A stretch of DNA of 60,302 nt, the filler included, from Hausera hauseri (lineage: Eukaryota), in NCBI GenBank assembly GCA_046269625.1. It is 9 parts of 9 records of this genome, joined end to end, with 100 filler letters (N's around TTAATTAATTAA, not from the genome) between each part and the next. Parts side by side here need not be neighbours in the genome. Positions count along the whole stretch, not along the records: positions 23,131 to 27,191 come from JBJURY010786757.1; positions 27,292 to 40,378 come from JBJURY010905756.1; 7 more parts are not named here. One strand, 5' to 3'. Each line of letters starts with the position of its first letter. The first letter of the stretch is position 1. The translations under genes and the position numbers were made by a program. The notes beneath the pieces were generated by a model that was not told the DNA's origin, ran no database searches, and was given only the letters and a program-made list of their open reading frames with translations. Of this stretch, positions 25,975 through 39,500 are shown one piece after another.

Positions 25975-26442
25975 ATGGATCTGGTCAGCTGGTCTCTCAA
26001 CGCAATTGATGAAATTTTTTCAACGAAAATACAGGGCGAAGGAGAGCCCTCTTGCCCTGATGGGACACTTGCAGCTGGATACACAATGAATTCCTGGGGT
26101 CAGTGGAAGATCATGTGCCTGTCCGTATTGTCCGTTGAAGATGTAGAAGACACATACATAACTGGATTTATGATAACCAGATTTCTGCTTTTTGGTGTTG
26201 GCAGGTATCTGGCATATCGACAAATTCGGAAGACTGCGGCAGCAGTTCTGGCAATTGTAAGCCTGCCTGCCTTGTATGAAGGAATGTACCGAGCGGTAAG
26301 CTCTCAGACTCAGACGCTGCATGAGCTGAGTCATAAGCTGGACGCAATTTCTGAGAATCGCAAGGCACTTGTGGCTCCTGGGATTCACTGGCAGGAAGGA
26401 ATTGACCTTGGAAAAGGCTACAAGCTCTGTTGGGCAGTGTGA
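25975..26442 (+). CDS. Repeat-borne ORF of unknown function (hydrophobic segment plus coiled-coil-like tail), probably degenerate
   Basis: ATG-started 155 aa ORF MDLVSWSLNAID...; resembles multicopy hypothetical proteins I recall from teleost assemblies (not verified); downstream gcaatgacaataaagctgattctgatt resembles a Rex1/Babar 3' tail. Confidence 0.4.
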   Translation: MDLVSWSLNAIDEIFSTKIQGEGEPSCPDGTLAAGYTMNSWGQWKIMCLSVLSVEDVEDTYITGFMITRFLLFGVGRYLAYRQIRKTAAAVLAIVSLPALYEGMYRAVSSQTQTLHELSHKLDAISENRKALVAPGIHWQEGIDLGKGYKLCWAV

Positions 26443-27191
26443 CCACAAAATTTGGCTGTTTGAAATCGCCACTGAGACATACCAGCAGAACTATGAAGGC
26501 AGATGTGAAAATTCAAGCAGATGCTGCCTGTCCCAAAATAACTGATCTTATCTGAATTTGGCTCCCCCGTTCTGCCTTGAATTGGCCAGTTATCTTAAAA
26601 TTCTCCAGGTTGTTTATGTGAACGAGAAGTTCTGCCCCCCATCGCTCCCCTCTCGAAGACATCTGTGGATCTGTGTCAGAGTGGAGCTGGCTGATAGACA
26701 TTGTGCCATCTTTATCCAGGCTATGGAACTGTCTGACAGTGTCCACGGACAACTCACTGCCCTCGTCGGCCTCCTCATGCATAAATGTATTATGATGTCA
26801 TCATTATGTTGCTGTTTCATGTGCTGAGGTAGTTTTTTTTTTTTTTGCAACGTTCACACTGTGTCCCGTCTAGGACACATTCTGAGATTTTAATTTTTTT
26901 ACACCTTCACTTTTTTCTTTTCCTTATCTGAAAAAAGGGCTGCGCCTCTCGAGGACAGCGGCCTCAGTCACCTCCGTCTCCCCATGTTTGTTTATGGTTC
27001 TCTCAGACGTGCTTTACTGAAATACAGTATAATTTCACTGTGCTTCGATGCAATGACAATAAAGCTGATTCTGATTTAGACCAAATCTAAAAATAACATT
27101 ATGCACACTCATGAAATAAAGAGATTTGTTAGCACTTGGAGCATGTGTTGTGATTGACTCTCAGCTACTACCACACCCCAAATGAGCTCAG

Positions 27192-27291
27192 NNNNNNNNN
27201 NNNNNNNNNNNNNNNNNNNNNNNNNNNNNNNNNNNTTAATTAATTAANNNNNNNNNNNNNNNNNNNNNNNNNNNNNNNNNNNNNNNNNNNN
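27192..27291. other. Artificial contig linker
   Basis: Same 100-nt block. Confidence 0.99.
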
Positions 27292-27340
27292 AAGTTGACT
27301 GAAAATTTGTCACTGACAACATTCATAAAAATATGACAAT

Positions 27341-27500
27341 AACAATAACAGAAATTTTCATATGGGGTAATTCATTTAATCAATACAGAAAATTTAAATT
27401 TAAAAATGCAATATTTAACTGACTTTATAAATGCATTTTTAAATTTAAATTTTCTGTATTGATTAAATGATTTATCGCATCTACAAATTTTTGTTATTGT
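27341..27500. repeat. Intronic fold-back (inverted repeat)
   Basis: Perfect 39-bp arms at 27372-27410 and 27432-27470, with imperfect outward extension. Confidence 0.92.
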
Positions 27501-27524
27501 CTGTTATATGGTACATTATTTCAG

Positions 27525-30500
27525 AGGCACAGTCATCGGACCGACCTTCAATTTCAACGTACCAAAATTGAAATTCGGAAACGTATCTGTAGGTACATTT
27601 AATCGACATTTTGTTGTAAAACGATATAACAAAATTCTGAAACAGGATTTCCCACTACTCGAGAAATCGTCCTTCACAATACCTCCTTAGTGCCACTCAA
27701 ATACCGCCTAAGAGTTCCATCAGATGGCACCTTCAAACCTTTGTTAGCGGAAAATCTGCAAAGTGAAATGTCCCCTCGATCATTCTGTGAAGTTTACCAG
27801 CCGAAAGAATTCGAAATCCACCCAGCTGAAGACACAGTCGGGTCGTTGTCATCGAAAACGATAAACGTTACGTTAACATCGAATAGCGTACGTAAATACA
27901 ACACAGATATGATCATAGATGTAATCGGAGTGGGTGATGAAGTGGCCTCCATACCAATCACTGCTAGGTTTCCTGCCAATGAGTTGTTGAATTGATAACT
28001 CCTCATTTTAGTGCAATTGTACCAGACTTAGAATTGTCGTGTGACGTTTTGGATTTCAGTCGATGTTTTCTGCGGTACCCCTATCAGAAATTTGTGACAC
28101 TGTCCAATACTTCTGCACTCCCTGTTAGATATAAACTGCTTCCTCAGACGGACGATACTGATCTTATTAATTACAGCAGTGAAATGCCTACGGTGAATGA
28201 TTTTTCTTATTTTGTATTCGTCTTCAATGCATATCTGCTTCTGAAACTACCAATTACTAATGGATTGACTGTGTATATGTGTGCGTGTGTGTGAAATTTA
28301 AAATGTAGTTTCCATGTGAAATTATGAATTTGCATAATTGAATACAACAAATAAAAAATTGACATTTCACGTGTCAATAAATGTTCTATAAAATGATACA
28401 AGGCTAGAAGATATCAGGAAGAGAAAATGTCAAATTGAAGGAAGTGTCAAATTTTCATTTATTGACTTCAATTATGACAACTTTATAATTTCACATGAAA
28501 ATTATATTTTAAATTACACACACAAACAGACAGACAGACATACAGTTTACCCATTGGTAATTGGTAGCTTGATAATTGACTAACAAGTAAAAATTGATAG
28601 GGCGATATAGATTAACATGGCTAAATATTATTCGATTGTTTCAGGCCGTGGTAAACCCAAATTCCGAACTGGAATTACCAATACAGATTCAGGCCCACAG
28701 CATAGGAGAAATAACAACTGCGGTGAACGTGAAACTCTTCGGTTCAACGAAGGATGCTCTGGTAAACATGACAACCGCTGAATATTCGATTGTCCTCTTC
28801 TCTATTTAGATGGTGACTCTGAAATGTATCGGCGAAGGGCCGGTGGTGAACATTTCCCACGTATCTCTTGACTGGGGTACTATAAAGGTTCTGGAGGACA
28901 ATCAGCGAATAATTCGCCTAACGAATGAATCAGAAATTGAAGCGATATTTTCGGCAAATGTCGTGAGTTTCATGTTTATTCAATTGCAGACAAAACAATA
29001 TTTTCAGATGAAACACGAAACGATTTTTCGAACTGAGCCACAATCCGGCATTCTGCAGCGTCATGAGAGTTTAGACGTTCGTGTAATTGCAAATTTGAAT
29101 GACAGTATAAAATTCTCGGATGAACTCCATCTCATGATAGAAGAGAGTAAAACGAAGGTGGTACCATTGATTGCCGTTGGTCAAGGTACGACTATCACAT
29201 TCGATCCACAAATGCCGGCAATGTTGAACCTTGGTGCCCATTTCAGCAAGTCTCTGTTCCAGAAGATATTCCGGGTGACAAACCAGGGTAGACGTCATCA
29301 GCAATTAGTGTGGTCAAATGATGGGTACTCATTTACGAAAGCCATGCGTCAAGCCGGTTCCACAAAGGTGATATTTTAAGGTGATAGCTGTATGTTTGAT
29401 ACGAATTATTCAGCCCGGACCTGCAGCACCAATTCTTACCGTAGTCCCACACAGATTTGATCTGAGTCCGGGTGAGTCTGCAGAACTAACGATACAAGGC
29501 AGTGTTGATAAGTTAGATGAATGTTCGGCATAAATCCAACTCATAGCATGTTCAGACCACAAATTGTCCATGAGAAAATCGCATGCCATGCCATCATTGG
29601 TAGACAGGGTGGAAAAGAACTTATAAAACGAGTGGAACTGGAGATAAATTTCATATCGCCAGTGCTGGAATATTCTACTCGTCGACTTGAATTCAGATTG
29701 GATAAAGTAGTTGTACTGTAGAGAATACTTGTTGATTTGCTTTGTCGGGTAGAGCATCCACAATGAATTTGAAATTCTACAACAGACGTTCTCTTTGAGA
29801 AATGTTTCTGGGTTGCCTCTCAACAGTACCCTGTCAGTATATTATCCATTTTCTATTGTTGACCAGAATGGACAGCAAACGTCAAATTTGGTTTGAAATT
29901 TTCTTATCTTTAACAATATGTTCATTTAACGGATCAATAAATTCAAATTTAAAATTCATAAGTTATATTACTAAAATATTTACTTATTCAGCTATTTCCA
30001 TCAACTTTTCATAGGTCCTTAAATTGTTCCGTTTTACGGATATTTTGAATGGTTTTTCTTTCGCCTTGTTTGTGCATGAATTTCATTGGCTGCATGGGAT
30101 ATTTTCTTACCTATTGAGATTTGATAAGTTAAGATAATCATAAGATACATTGTTATAGAAACACAAACAAATTTCATGATACACTCGATTTTAGGGGCCT
30201 AAAATTTTTTGGATACTGAGAAATTTTATGAGAATATTTTTCATATACTAATGTATATTTATCGATATATAGAACATACTACTCAGTGAAGAAGACGAAA
30301 GCCTCATAACAGTTGAATTCGACCCTCTCTACAAGAAGGATACTCACAGCAGACGTACTGAAGATGCGCTGAAGGTGTCATTTTTGGAGCACCCGAATGT
30401 GGTTAGTACAATGTTGGAACTTGTAACTTTCACATCAAAACTATATTTTATGTATCACACACACACACACGCAATTGACTAATATTCATATTCAGGACGA

Positions 30501-33500
30501 AATTTGTCTAATCGGGGAGGTCAATTTCCCAAACGTAACATTCGATAGAACATTGGTCAATTTCGACTGCGTCGTAAACAATTCCGAAGTCAGTCAATTT
30601 GTCGTCATGACGAATAATTCACCACTCGAAGTTCGATTTTCGTGGAGTCTCGTTATTGGTGAACGGCCAAACATCATATTCCATCGCAGACGATTAGAAA
30701 CACCGGAAGTCGTATTGGAACCAATTCTAGACGCTACAGAAAAAGACGTCGACACAGAAAAGGAGTCGACGAATCCGATTGTCGTAGAAAAACTCAATTT
30801 GGACGATAGTCTTGATGAACAGAATTTCGATTTTTCTCTTAGCGATATGAAACAAAATCCTGCGGAATCGAGTTGGTCTGATATAGTAATAACGGGCGAT
30901 GAATTCGACATGAGTCGCAAACAATCTCAACCAATTGCAGTTGTGAAGAAACCACCAGTCAATGCAAAACTGAAAGAATTATTGAATACCGAATGTGACA
31001 TTGTACCACTGGGTGTTGAGGAAATATTCGATGTGAGACCACTTTTTGGTTCACTGCAGCCGGGGGAAATTGAGCAAGTTACCTTTACTTATTTCGGTCA
31101 TGCCGATGTTGAGGCTACTGTTACTGCCATTTGTGAAGTTGACGGTGGTCCAACTTATCGATTTGAACTTAATGGAGAGGCGTCTTCTGTTCTTTATGAG
31201 ATCAGTTCATTGGATTTTGACTTCAAACACGTCCCATATAATGAGGTTGTATTCCAGGATTTAGAAATTCGAAATACGGGAAAAGTCGGATTCGAATTTA
31301 CGTCGAAAATGGCATCGTCATCTTTACCAGAAAATCAATATCCAGTACAGATTCCCATTATGATACCTGTGTCAGGATACGTTTCTGCTGGGACCAGCAC
31401 ATCAGTGAAGGTGGGCTATTTGCCAGGAATACCGGGCAAATTCCAGGATTCGTGCAACATCCAGATCGCTCATTTCCAGATGCAAACAATCTCCCTTAAG
31501 GGATATGGAACGTTCCCTCGTTTAACTCTCGATTTGAAACGTGATGATGGACTATTCGATGATTTTGTGTCTCGACGATTTGATGGTGCTTTATCGGTCA
31601 GACAACTATTCGGTCAGGATATGCCGTTTCATGAGTTAGTTGCGCTGAAGAAAAAGGAAATTGAAAACGAAACCAATGCATCGGCAATGAACGATGAAGT
31701 GATGAATATTTTGGAAGACGAAGCAGTTCGTAATCAATACGTCAAATCAGAAGGGTCCAGCTTTGCGAGGGTGCTTTTAAACAAAAACTTTGATAGGTTT
31801 GTTATTGTTGTATTCTTTAATACGTGTTTATTGACATTATTTTGCACTTAATACGGCACGGTACTTCTTCACTATCCCTCCCATACGGAAATTACTTTTG
31901 CGGAAATTTCTTCCTGTTAATTAATGGATTATCTACTGATTTCTAACTCATCAACAAACAGACTTTGGCACTTGTTCAATTTTCCCCGGATAAAGTTTGT
32001 TTTCATATGGGGAAATTGAATAAGTTCCTAAATTTTAATGGCTGCTGAGGTGGTTCAAATGATACAATTAGGAAAAATTGCTTAGAATGAACTTCTTTCC
32101 CCATACTACGTGACAATTTACCCATTTTTATCAATCTGAAACATTCTGTCGTCATACCATTTCATAGAATATTTGTAGATGTGTATATATGTGTAAAAAA
32201 CGAACGACTAAACATTTATTATTGATAACCATTCAGACCATCTCTACCTCCATATCATCTGGATTTCGGTAATGTTGTACTGGGTGAGAGAGTCACCAAA
32301 GAAATTCGAACGAAGAACACTGGACCATTCCCTATTCATCTGAAGCTAATGAAGACATATTTGATGCAGACGGGATTTTCCATGGCTCTGAATTATGTCA
32401 AATGTTTCCCACCGGGAAAAACATTCGAGTTTGAGATAGATTTCGATCCTCGGGCAGCTAATCTCGAATTGGGTGTAGTCGAGACATTTCTTTTCCTCGA
32501 TGTAATTGATATGAATGTAATTGATTGTGTATGACGGATATATGCATTAGATCATGAACGGGCCTGTCGTACCTGTACGACTAACAGTCAACGTTACCAT
32601 GCCGGATTTGGTCAGCAGTTCGGATGTGATCGAGTTTGACAAGGTGAAAGTTGGACAAGCCAAATTGGTGACAATACAGTTACATAATCCTACTCCAGTT
32701 TGTGCAGAATGGAGTACGATGAGTTCGGAACCGGAATCGTCATCGCAACAACTGAAGCACAATAAACTCCTTAAGAAGAATAAATTGAAACGACCACAAG
32801 AACGGAAACCTTTAGTATTCGAATTTATCCCATCATCAGGTTCTGTGAAACCTGATCAACATGTCAATATTCAAGTTAAATTCATGCCCCTCGAAGGGAA
32901 GTCATACTCACAACGAGCTGTGCTATTGCTCAATAAGAGTAGTAAAAGATTAGTCATGAAATGTACCGGGTTGGGTCTGGAACCAATGCTCGAATTCAGA
33001 GAACAATTCATCCAATTCGGTCCAGTGTTACCGCATACTATTGGGTGTGAAAAATATATTACTGTACACAATCCATGTTTCTATCCCATCGAGTTTTACA
33101 GTTTGGAATTCGATAAAGTTTATTTGGATGATGAAGAGATATTACGTCACATCAATGGCTATGATACATATGGCAACATCTTGATGCCTCCACGAGCAGC
33201 AGGGGAAAAACTCCCACAGGAATTCATCGAGTATTATGAGGATTACTGCAAACGTAGAAGTGAAATTGAAACTGACAGTGGACAGAAGGATAAACATGGG
33301 GAAGATGTAATAACGAATATTAGTAAATTAATAAATTGACTCTACCGAATAGTTGTCTGAAATCGAGCAGGCCGATGTTAAGCGTAGTCAATCAGTCCAC
33401 AGACCATCAAAGTCAGCTACATCAATCTCAGATTCGGAATCAACAGCGCTGGATGATCTCGAACAGACTCCCGTTTCACAGGCAATTGCCCGATATCTTG

Positions 33501-36500
33501 GCATCGAATTAACTGCAGAAGGAAAGGCTGCTCGTCGAAATCGAGGCATAGCAATCGTCGTTATCGGCAGTCCAATATCTGGGAAATCAGGTTTCTAGGA
33601 CTATGTATCAGGGAGTGAATTACGAACTTCCTTCTTTCAGATACGGCCAGCATTTTGTCGGATAAATATTCGGCATGTTTGTTGACGATTGATGGTATCA
33701 TTTTGGATGCTGTAAGTTCGTCAAATACTTCCGCTGCGCAGAGGGCTAGAGCGGCATGTCTTGATGCTGCAAGGAGGAATGAAATATTCGAAATTGATGA
33801 ACCGGCTGAGAAAAAGGCACCCTTTGAAGGAAGTAAGTTTCGACTGGAGCGAATTTGAATTCTTTTATTATTTTTATCATTGATGGGGAAAACTCGATGA
33901 AAATAACTTTAATAAATGTTGGCACGTCTTGCACAAATAGTTGCCCGAATATGACTTTATATAGGAATTGCATCTGAAATATTGCGAATATTCGGTGATT
34001 TCAAATAGGATAATTACTTATGCCGTTCGAATTTCTGGATAAGAGTCGAAATAATTTTCATATTCGACTTTGTACCGAATTGTTAGTCGAAATGAAATGA
34101 CCGAATAATTGACTACTGTCCAATATTAATTTTGATTCAGGTACAGCAGCAGCAGCAGCAGCAGCAGCAACGAAACGTTAGTTATTTTTTTGTTATAATT
34201 GCCGTATGAAATGGCTTAATTGCATGGCTCGATTGTTTAACATGCATGAAACGTTTAAACCACTGTTCGACGTTTGATTCGGTGGCACTGAAAATTGTGA
34301 CACAGCCATAGCACATTTAAATGGACTTTCCAACAAGTGATTCGAATTGAGTACTGATCGAACTGTATTAATACTACGATGTAACGGATTCGCCTGTATT
34401 TATTTACAAATAAGAATTTAGTTCTGTGTATTTGAATGGATGATAGATTTTGACCACTTGCATCTATTGCCAACACCCTTTCATTACAGTGTGGTAACGA
34501 TCTTAATTTGTGTTGTGTAGGTAGCGTGGCTGCTAGTGCTGCACATGGACAGTCGCAGACAATCCACAACAGGAAGACAAGCAATGTATCTACTGCTGGT
34601 CGACACCCATCCAAACAATCGGGAACAAATAAGGATCACGGCACTGATAAAGCGGATCCCAATGCATATTTAGTATGATTGGTTGTTCGTATGATGTCTA
34701 ATCTGCACTCAGGTCGCGGCTAGTCCACCTCCATTGACTGGACCACCATCCACAAAATTAAATATATTCGAGACAAACAATGGGGAAAATATTGCATTGA
34801 TGAGTTGCGTACTGCAGGATGAAATTGTGATTCAGTTACTCAGTGAACGATTACTGTATAGTGATTGTCAGAAGGGTGTTGTATTCGATGGGCTCGATAG
34901 TTTATTTACCCAGAATCAGTCATCATCTGCTCAGTTGATTCTCCATGCTTTGAATAATCGACGTTTTCTCTATTTTGTAACATTGAAACGGGATTTTAAA
35001 ACAATAAAGGAAGAGGAAATAGAGGCAGAGGAACGTGAAAAGGCCCTAAAGGCCAAAGAAGAAGAGGATCATTTTCTATGGATTCAAGAAATGACAGAAG
35101 AGGAATATGATGCTCTGGATGATGAGACCAAATATCAGATTGAAGAGAAACGTTTAAGAGCACGACGAGAAAAGAAGAAAAAAGAGTTGGAAGAAGAAGA
35201 AAGACAACGAGTATTGAAAGAAGAACAAGAAGCTGAGTTACAAAGACAGAAAGAGTAATAAACAATTATGGTTGATTTTCATTCGTCAAAATTATGTTTA
35301 GAATGAATAAGAAAGGAGGGAAAAAGTTGCAACCCGGCGATGATAAACTGAAACCAAAAGGCGGAAAAGATACATCGATGGGGCGACCGACGAGGGAAAA
35401 TACGATGTTACACAAGGATAATTCTGCGGGAGCTGCAGATAAACCTCATCTAACCGATCGACCAGAGTCTCACATGACAGAAATGTCAGTTGAGGCTGAG
35501 GAGAAGTAAGTTTCATTTTATTGCAGTGATTTGGACTTTGTACGTACAATGCAGGACACTGATCCTATACGTCCTTGACCAAGGATAATATAGAATAATG
35601 CAAACCTTAAGTAACCTTGGCTGACCCTGACCTTATGTGACCTTGACCTTGTCTAGTCTTGACATGGGATGGCATTAACCTAGGATGACCTTGATGTTTA
35701 CGACCTTGATCGTGGATGACCCTGACCTTATGTGACCTTGACCTTGTCTAGTCTTGACATGGGATGGCATTAACCTAGGATGACTTTGATGTTTACGACC
35801 TTGATCGTGGATGATCTTGACCTTAGGTGATCTTGACCTTGGCTGACCTCGACATGGGATGGCATTAACCTAGGATGATCTTGATGTTTACGACATTGAT
35901 CGCGGATGAGCTTGACCTCGGATGGTATTGATCTCTAAAGATCTTTATGTTAGATGAAACTAACCTTCATGACCTTGACCTTAAATCACTTTAACATTCA
36001 ATGACTCAGATATTAAATGACATTGGCCTTATATTGATTTTATTATGGGATAACTTTATTTTTGTAATCACTACAGAAAGAAGAAACAGCGTAGTTCGGA
36101 CAAAAAGTCTGTTGGGAAAATTGACGAAAACTCCAAAGACAACACAGACCTTGTCGAAGAAGTTGTTAAAGATCCAAAAAAGGAGCAAGAATGGCTACTT
36201 AATCAGAGGTACGAATACGAATATGTCAACTATTTTTATTTATTCGAATTTAGATTCAAAACATTTGATGTCGAATACAAGTCAATCAGTGAAATCCTAT
36301 CCCTATGGGACCGGGCACATCCGCCGATGAAGCAGAGCCACGCCATAGCCGAGGAAAATAATAGTGAGGACAACGTACTGGCCACAAAACGAACAGGACG
36401 AAATACAGTGATCAAACGTGGAAAAGATCATTTGAATACTCATAATCAACCATCACTCCCTTCTCACAGTCCGAATCAGGACGATCCTGCCGACACGGCG

Positions 36501-39500
36501 ACTGAGGCTGCTGCCAGTAGTGAGGAAGCACCAGGCATCCCAAATATTGTCATAGACGTATCCAAAAAATGCCAAGCTGACAGGGACGCCATTGTTCATC
36601 AGACTCTGGAAAAGGAGCTGCCATTACCAAATGATATTCTTGAAGGACTGGGATTGGGGCCTCGTGGTCCACCTATTCCCCCACCTGCAGTGTTTAGTAT
36701 TGTGCAATACCCGGTAAAACGACGTGCACCGAATATGCCCGAAATGTTCGGCGAGTTGGGTCATTATAATTTTCTGGGAACATTGGAGGATAAGGAGGAT
36801 GAGAAAATTCTTAAGGAAACCCAGGACAAAGAGGAAGAAAGATATACAGAAAGGGTTAGTTAGTCGGGTGAAGTTATTGATATAATATCTCACCGAATTT
36901 TCATTCAGATTAAAGATGACGTGATATCTCAAATTTCGAGTATCAAAACGAGTCGATCGAAAAAACTCAGCACGGCAAGGGATCCAATCGTGGCACAAAA
37001 ATCAACGAATAAAAAAGCCAGTAGCACAAGACGTGGATCCCAGTCTGCAGCATCAGTTGGGAGTGCCCCAACACCGATATCCGATGATTGCAATAAGTAA
37101 GGGTTTTTATTGACCATTTTAGACTGTTTTCATATTCACAATCAGCATAACAGATTGTGTGTTCCTGAAAAAGGCTGGCAACTAAATACCCGGATATCTA
37201 TAACGATAATTGTTGCACACAATCAAATGTATGAATAACAGAAATTGTCTAGTCAGTCATTATGACATTGATATTACATTTATACAATCAATAACTCATT
37301 ATATGAATTTATATCATATAATATAAATTATAATGGATGATATTCCTGTGATAGTAGAAACGGGATCTTTTCTAAATAGCTGTCTAAAAGTTCCCAGTGA
37401 ATTCCCCACAGAGATTCAACTGTCTGATTGTGAGCACCACTTAATGGGTCAATAAAGTTGGTTGAAGTTGGCATGCCTACATACACCTTCAAATACCCAT
37501 TGAGGGGATAATATTTGTCTTACATTATTTTTACGACATGCAAACTGACTTTCATCAATTAAAACATTAAAAATCAATCAATATATAGGGGACAAATTGT
37601 AGAAACGTTACGTCATTCCATATGGCATATTTTGATTCATTATATTTCAGTGACAACTTCACGATGTTCAATCAGTAAGTTTATCTACTCATCCCGTTGT
37701 TGCTGTGGCTAATTAACAATGCCATCTATAACATATCTTCGCTAACCCCTGTTCTTCCAGATCTCAATCCTATCGTTGGGTCATTCTACCGGAATCCGAA
37801 ATAAACCTTCGACTTCGATTTCGATCTGATGAACTCGGTCAATACGACCAGACGTTTAATTTCGAAATAGTCGATACTCGTAGAAAATACCAGATATTCT
37901 GTCGAGGTATTTGTGCTTTCCCGACTATAAGTAAGGAGCCGCGAATTGTTTTCCCAAATCGAAAACGAAACAAGGAGCTCAACGAGATTGTTCATAAGAA
38001 GTTCATCCTCGATGATGACCTGTTTGATTTCGGTCCTTTGTTGATTCATAAGGATAAACAGAGGTCGGTTTGATTTGGTTGAAAATGTGATTTCGAATGG
38101 TTTGTTTGTATAGGATCTTGGAGAAGAAATTCGTCGAGAATTACGAAGAACTCACAATAAAAAATTCCTCACCTCTTCCGGCAGAAGTAAACTTCAGTTT
38201 CCTACACGATGCCAAATGCGAACGATTCGCATTGGATCCACCGACGATGACCCTTCAATCTGATGAGACGAAGAAACTGACAATTTGGGCATTTCCGAGG
38301 GCAGTTCAGAAATTTGAAGATGCGCTCGTCTGTTGCATTAAAGAGAATCCAGAACCAGTGATTTTTAAAATTATTTGCTTCGGAGTCGCTCCCGTTTTGG
38401 AACTTGATAGAAAAATCCTTCATTTCGATCGAGTTCTGCTGCACAGGAAAGATATGAAAATCCTTTATTTACGAAATAGTACCACATTGCCATTATTCTG
38501 GCAAATTACGGGACTTGAGACACTGGGTGATGAATTCTCCTTCTCCAACGACAGTGGAGTGATCGAACCGTTGACCGAGTTCAAATTGAATGCCTATTTC
38601 CGTTCAATGAAACCGTACAAACCGAATCAGAAGAAGAACATTCGAATTGAGGTGTACGATGTGGACAAAATAGCAGGAGTTCTGCAAACGGAAACTATTC
38701 AAGTTTTGGCTGAGGCTTATGACGTAGCATTGGATATGAGTTTTCCTAAAGGTGCATCGAATGGAATTGATCTGGGAGTCATCAAAGTGGAGGAGGAGGC
38801 TAAACAACAGATTACGTTGAAGAACAGGGGGCCATATGAAATAAAATACAGATTTGATATTGACTCGACTACAACTAAATACAATTTGCAGAAGTTATTT
38901 ACAATAACTCCAAATCAGGGTTCGTTGTCTCCAGGAGAAAAGGCGGTTCAAGTTGTGGTACATTTTTATGTCAGCTGTATAAAATATTTTGTCTGATTTG
39001 TGTATGTGTGTGTGTGTGTGTATTGATTTATAATTTAGACAATAAGTAACGATGGATATTGGATTGGTGCGTAATTTTGTGCGGCTTTTTTAAATTCAAT
39101 TTTTTTATTCATCCGATCAATAATGTATTCTAATTGGGTATTTAGAACTTCTTCCCAACTTTTTAAACTTTTCGGTGCCTCGGCGCTAAAAATCGTCCGG
39201 TCGTTTGACGGGGATTTTCGTGAATAAGTTGGTTCATTTTTGTCGACTTGACATTTCATTTAAACGATCTAAAAATAGACATAAATAAGTGAAAAAAAAC
39301 TTTTTATTTTATTTGCACAATTTTGAATTAAGAAAAAAAAACGCACGAAATTATGCACCAACCCAATAGTATACTTCCCTGTCATGGCGAAAGGAAATGG
39401 AGTTCGTGTCATATATTGATAGAGGTAAGCAAGTCCAATGTATAGATCTGTATTCAACTCTGTAATACGTCGCAGAGAGTCTCAATAACAAACCCTTTTG

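Noticed and set aside
35622-35906. CRISPR-like array
   Set aside because: The units are near-identical along their whole length with no unique spacers, lie in a eukaryotic intron, and have no cas genes nearby.
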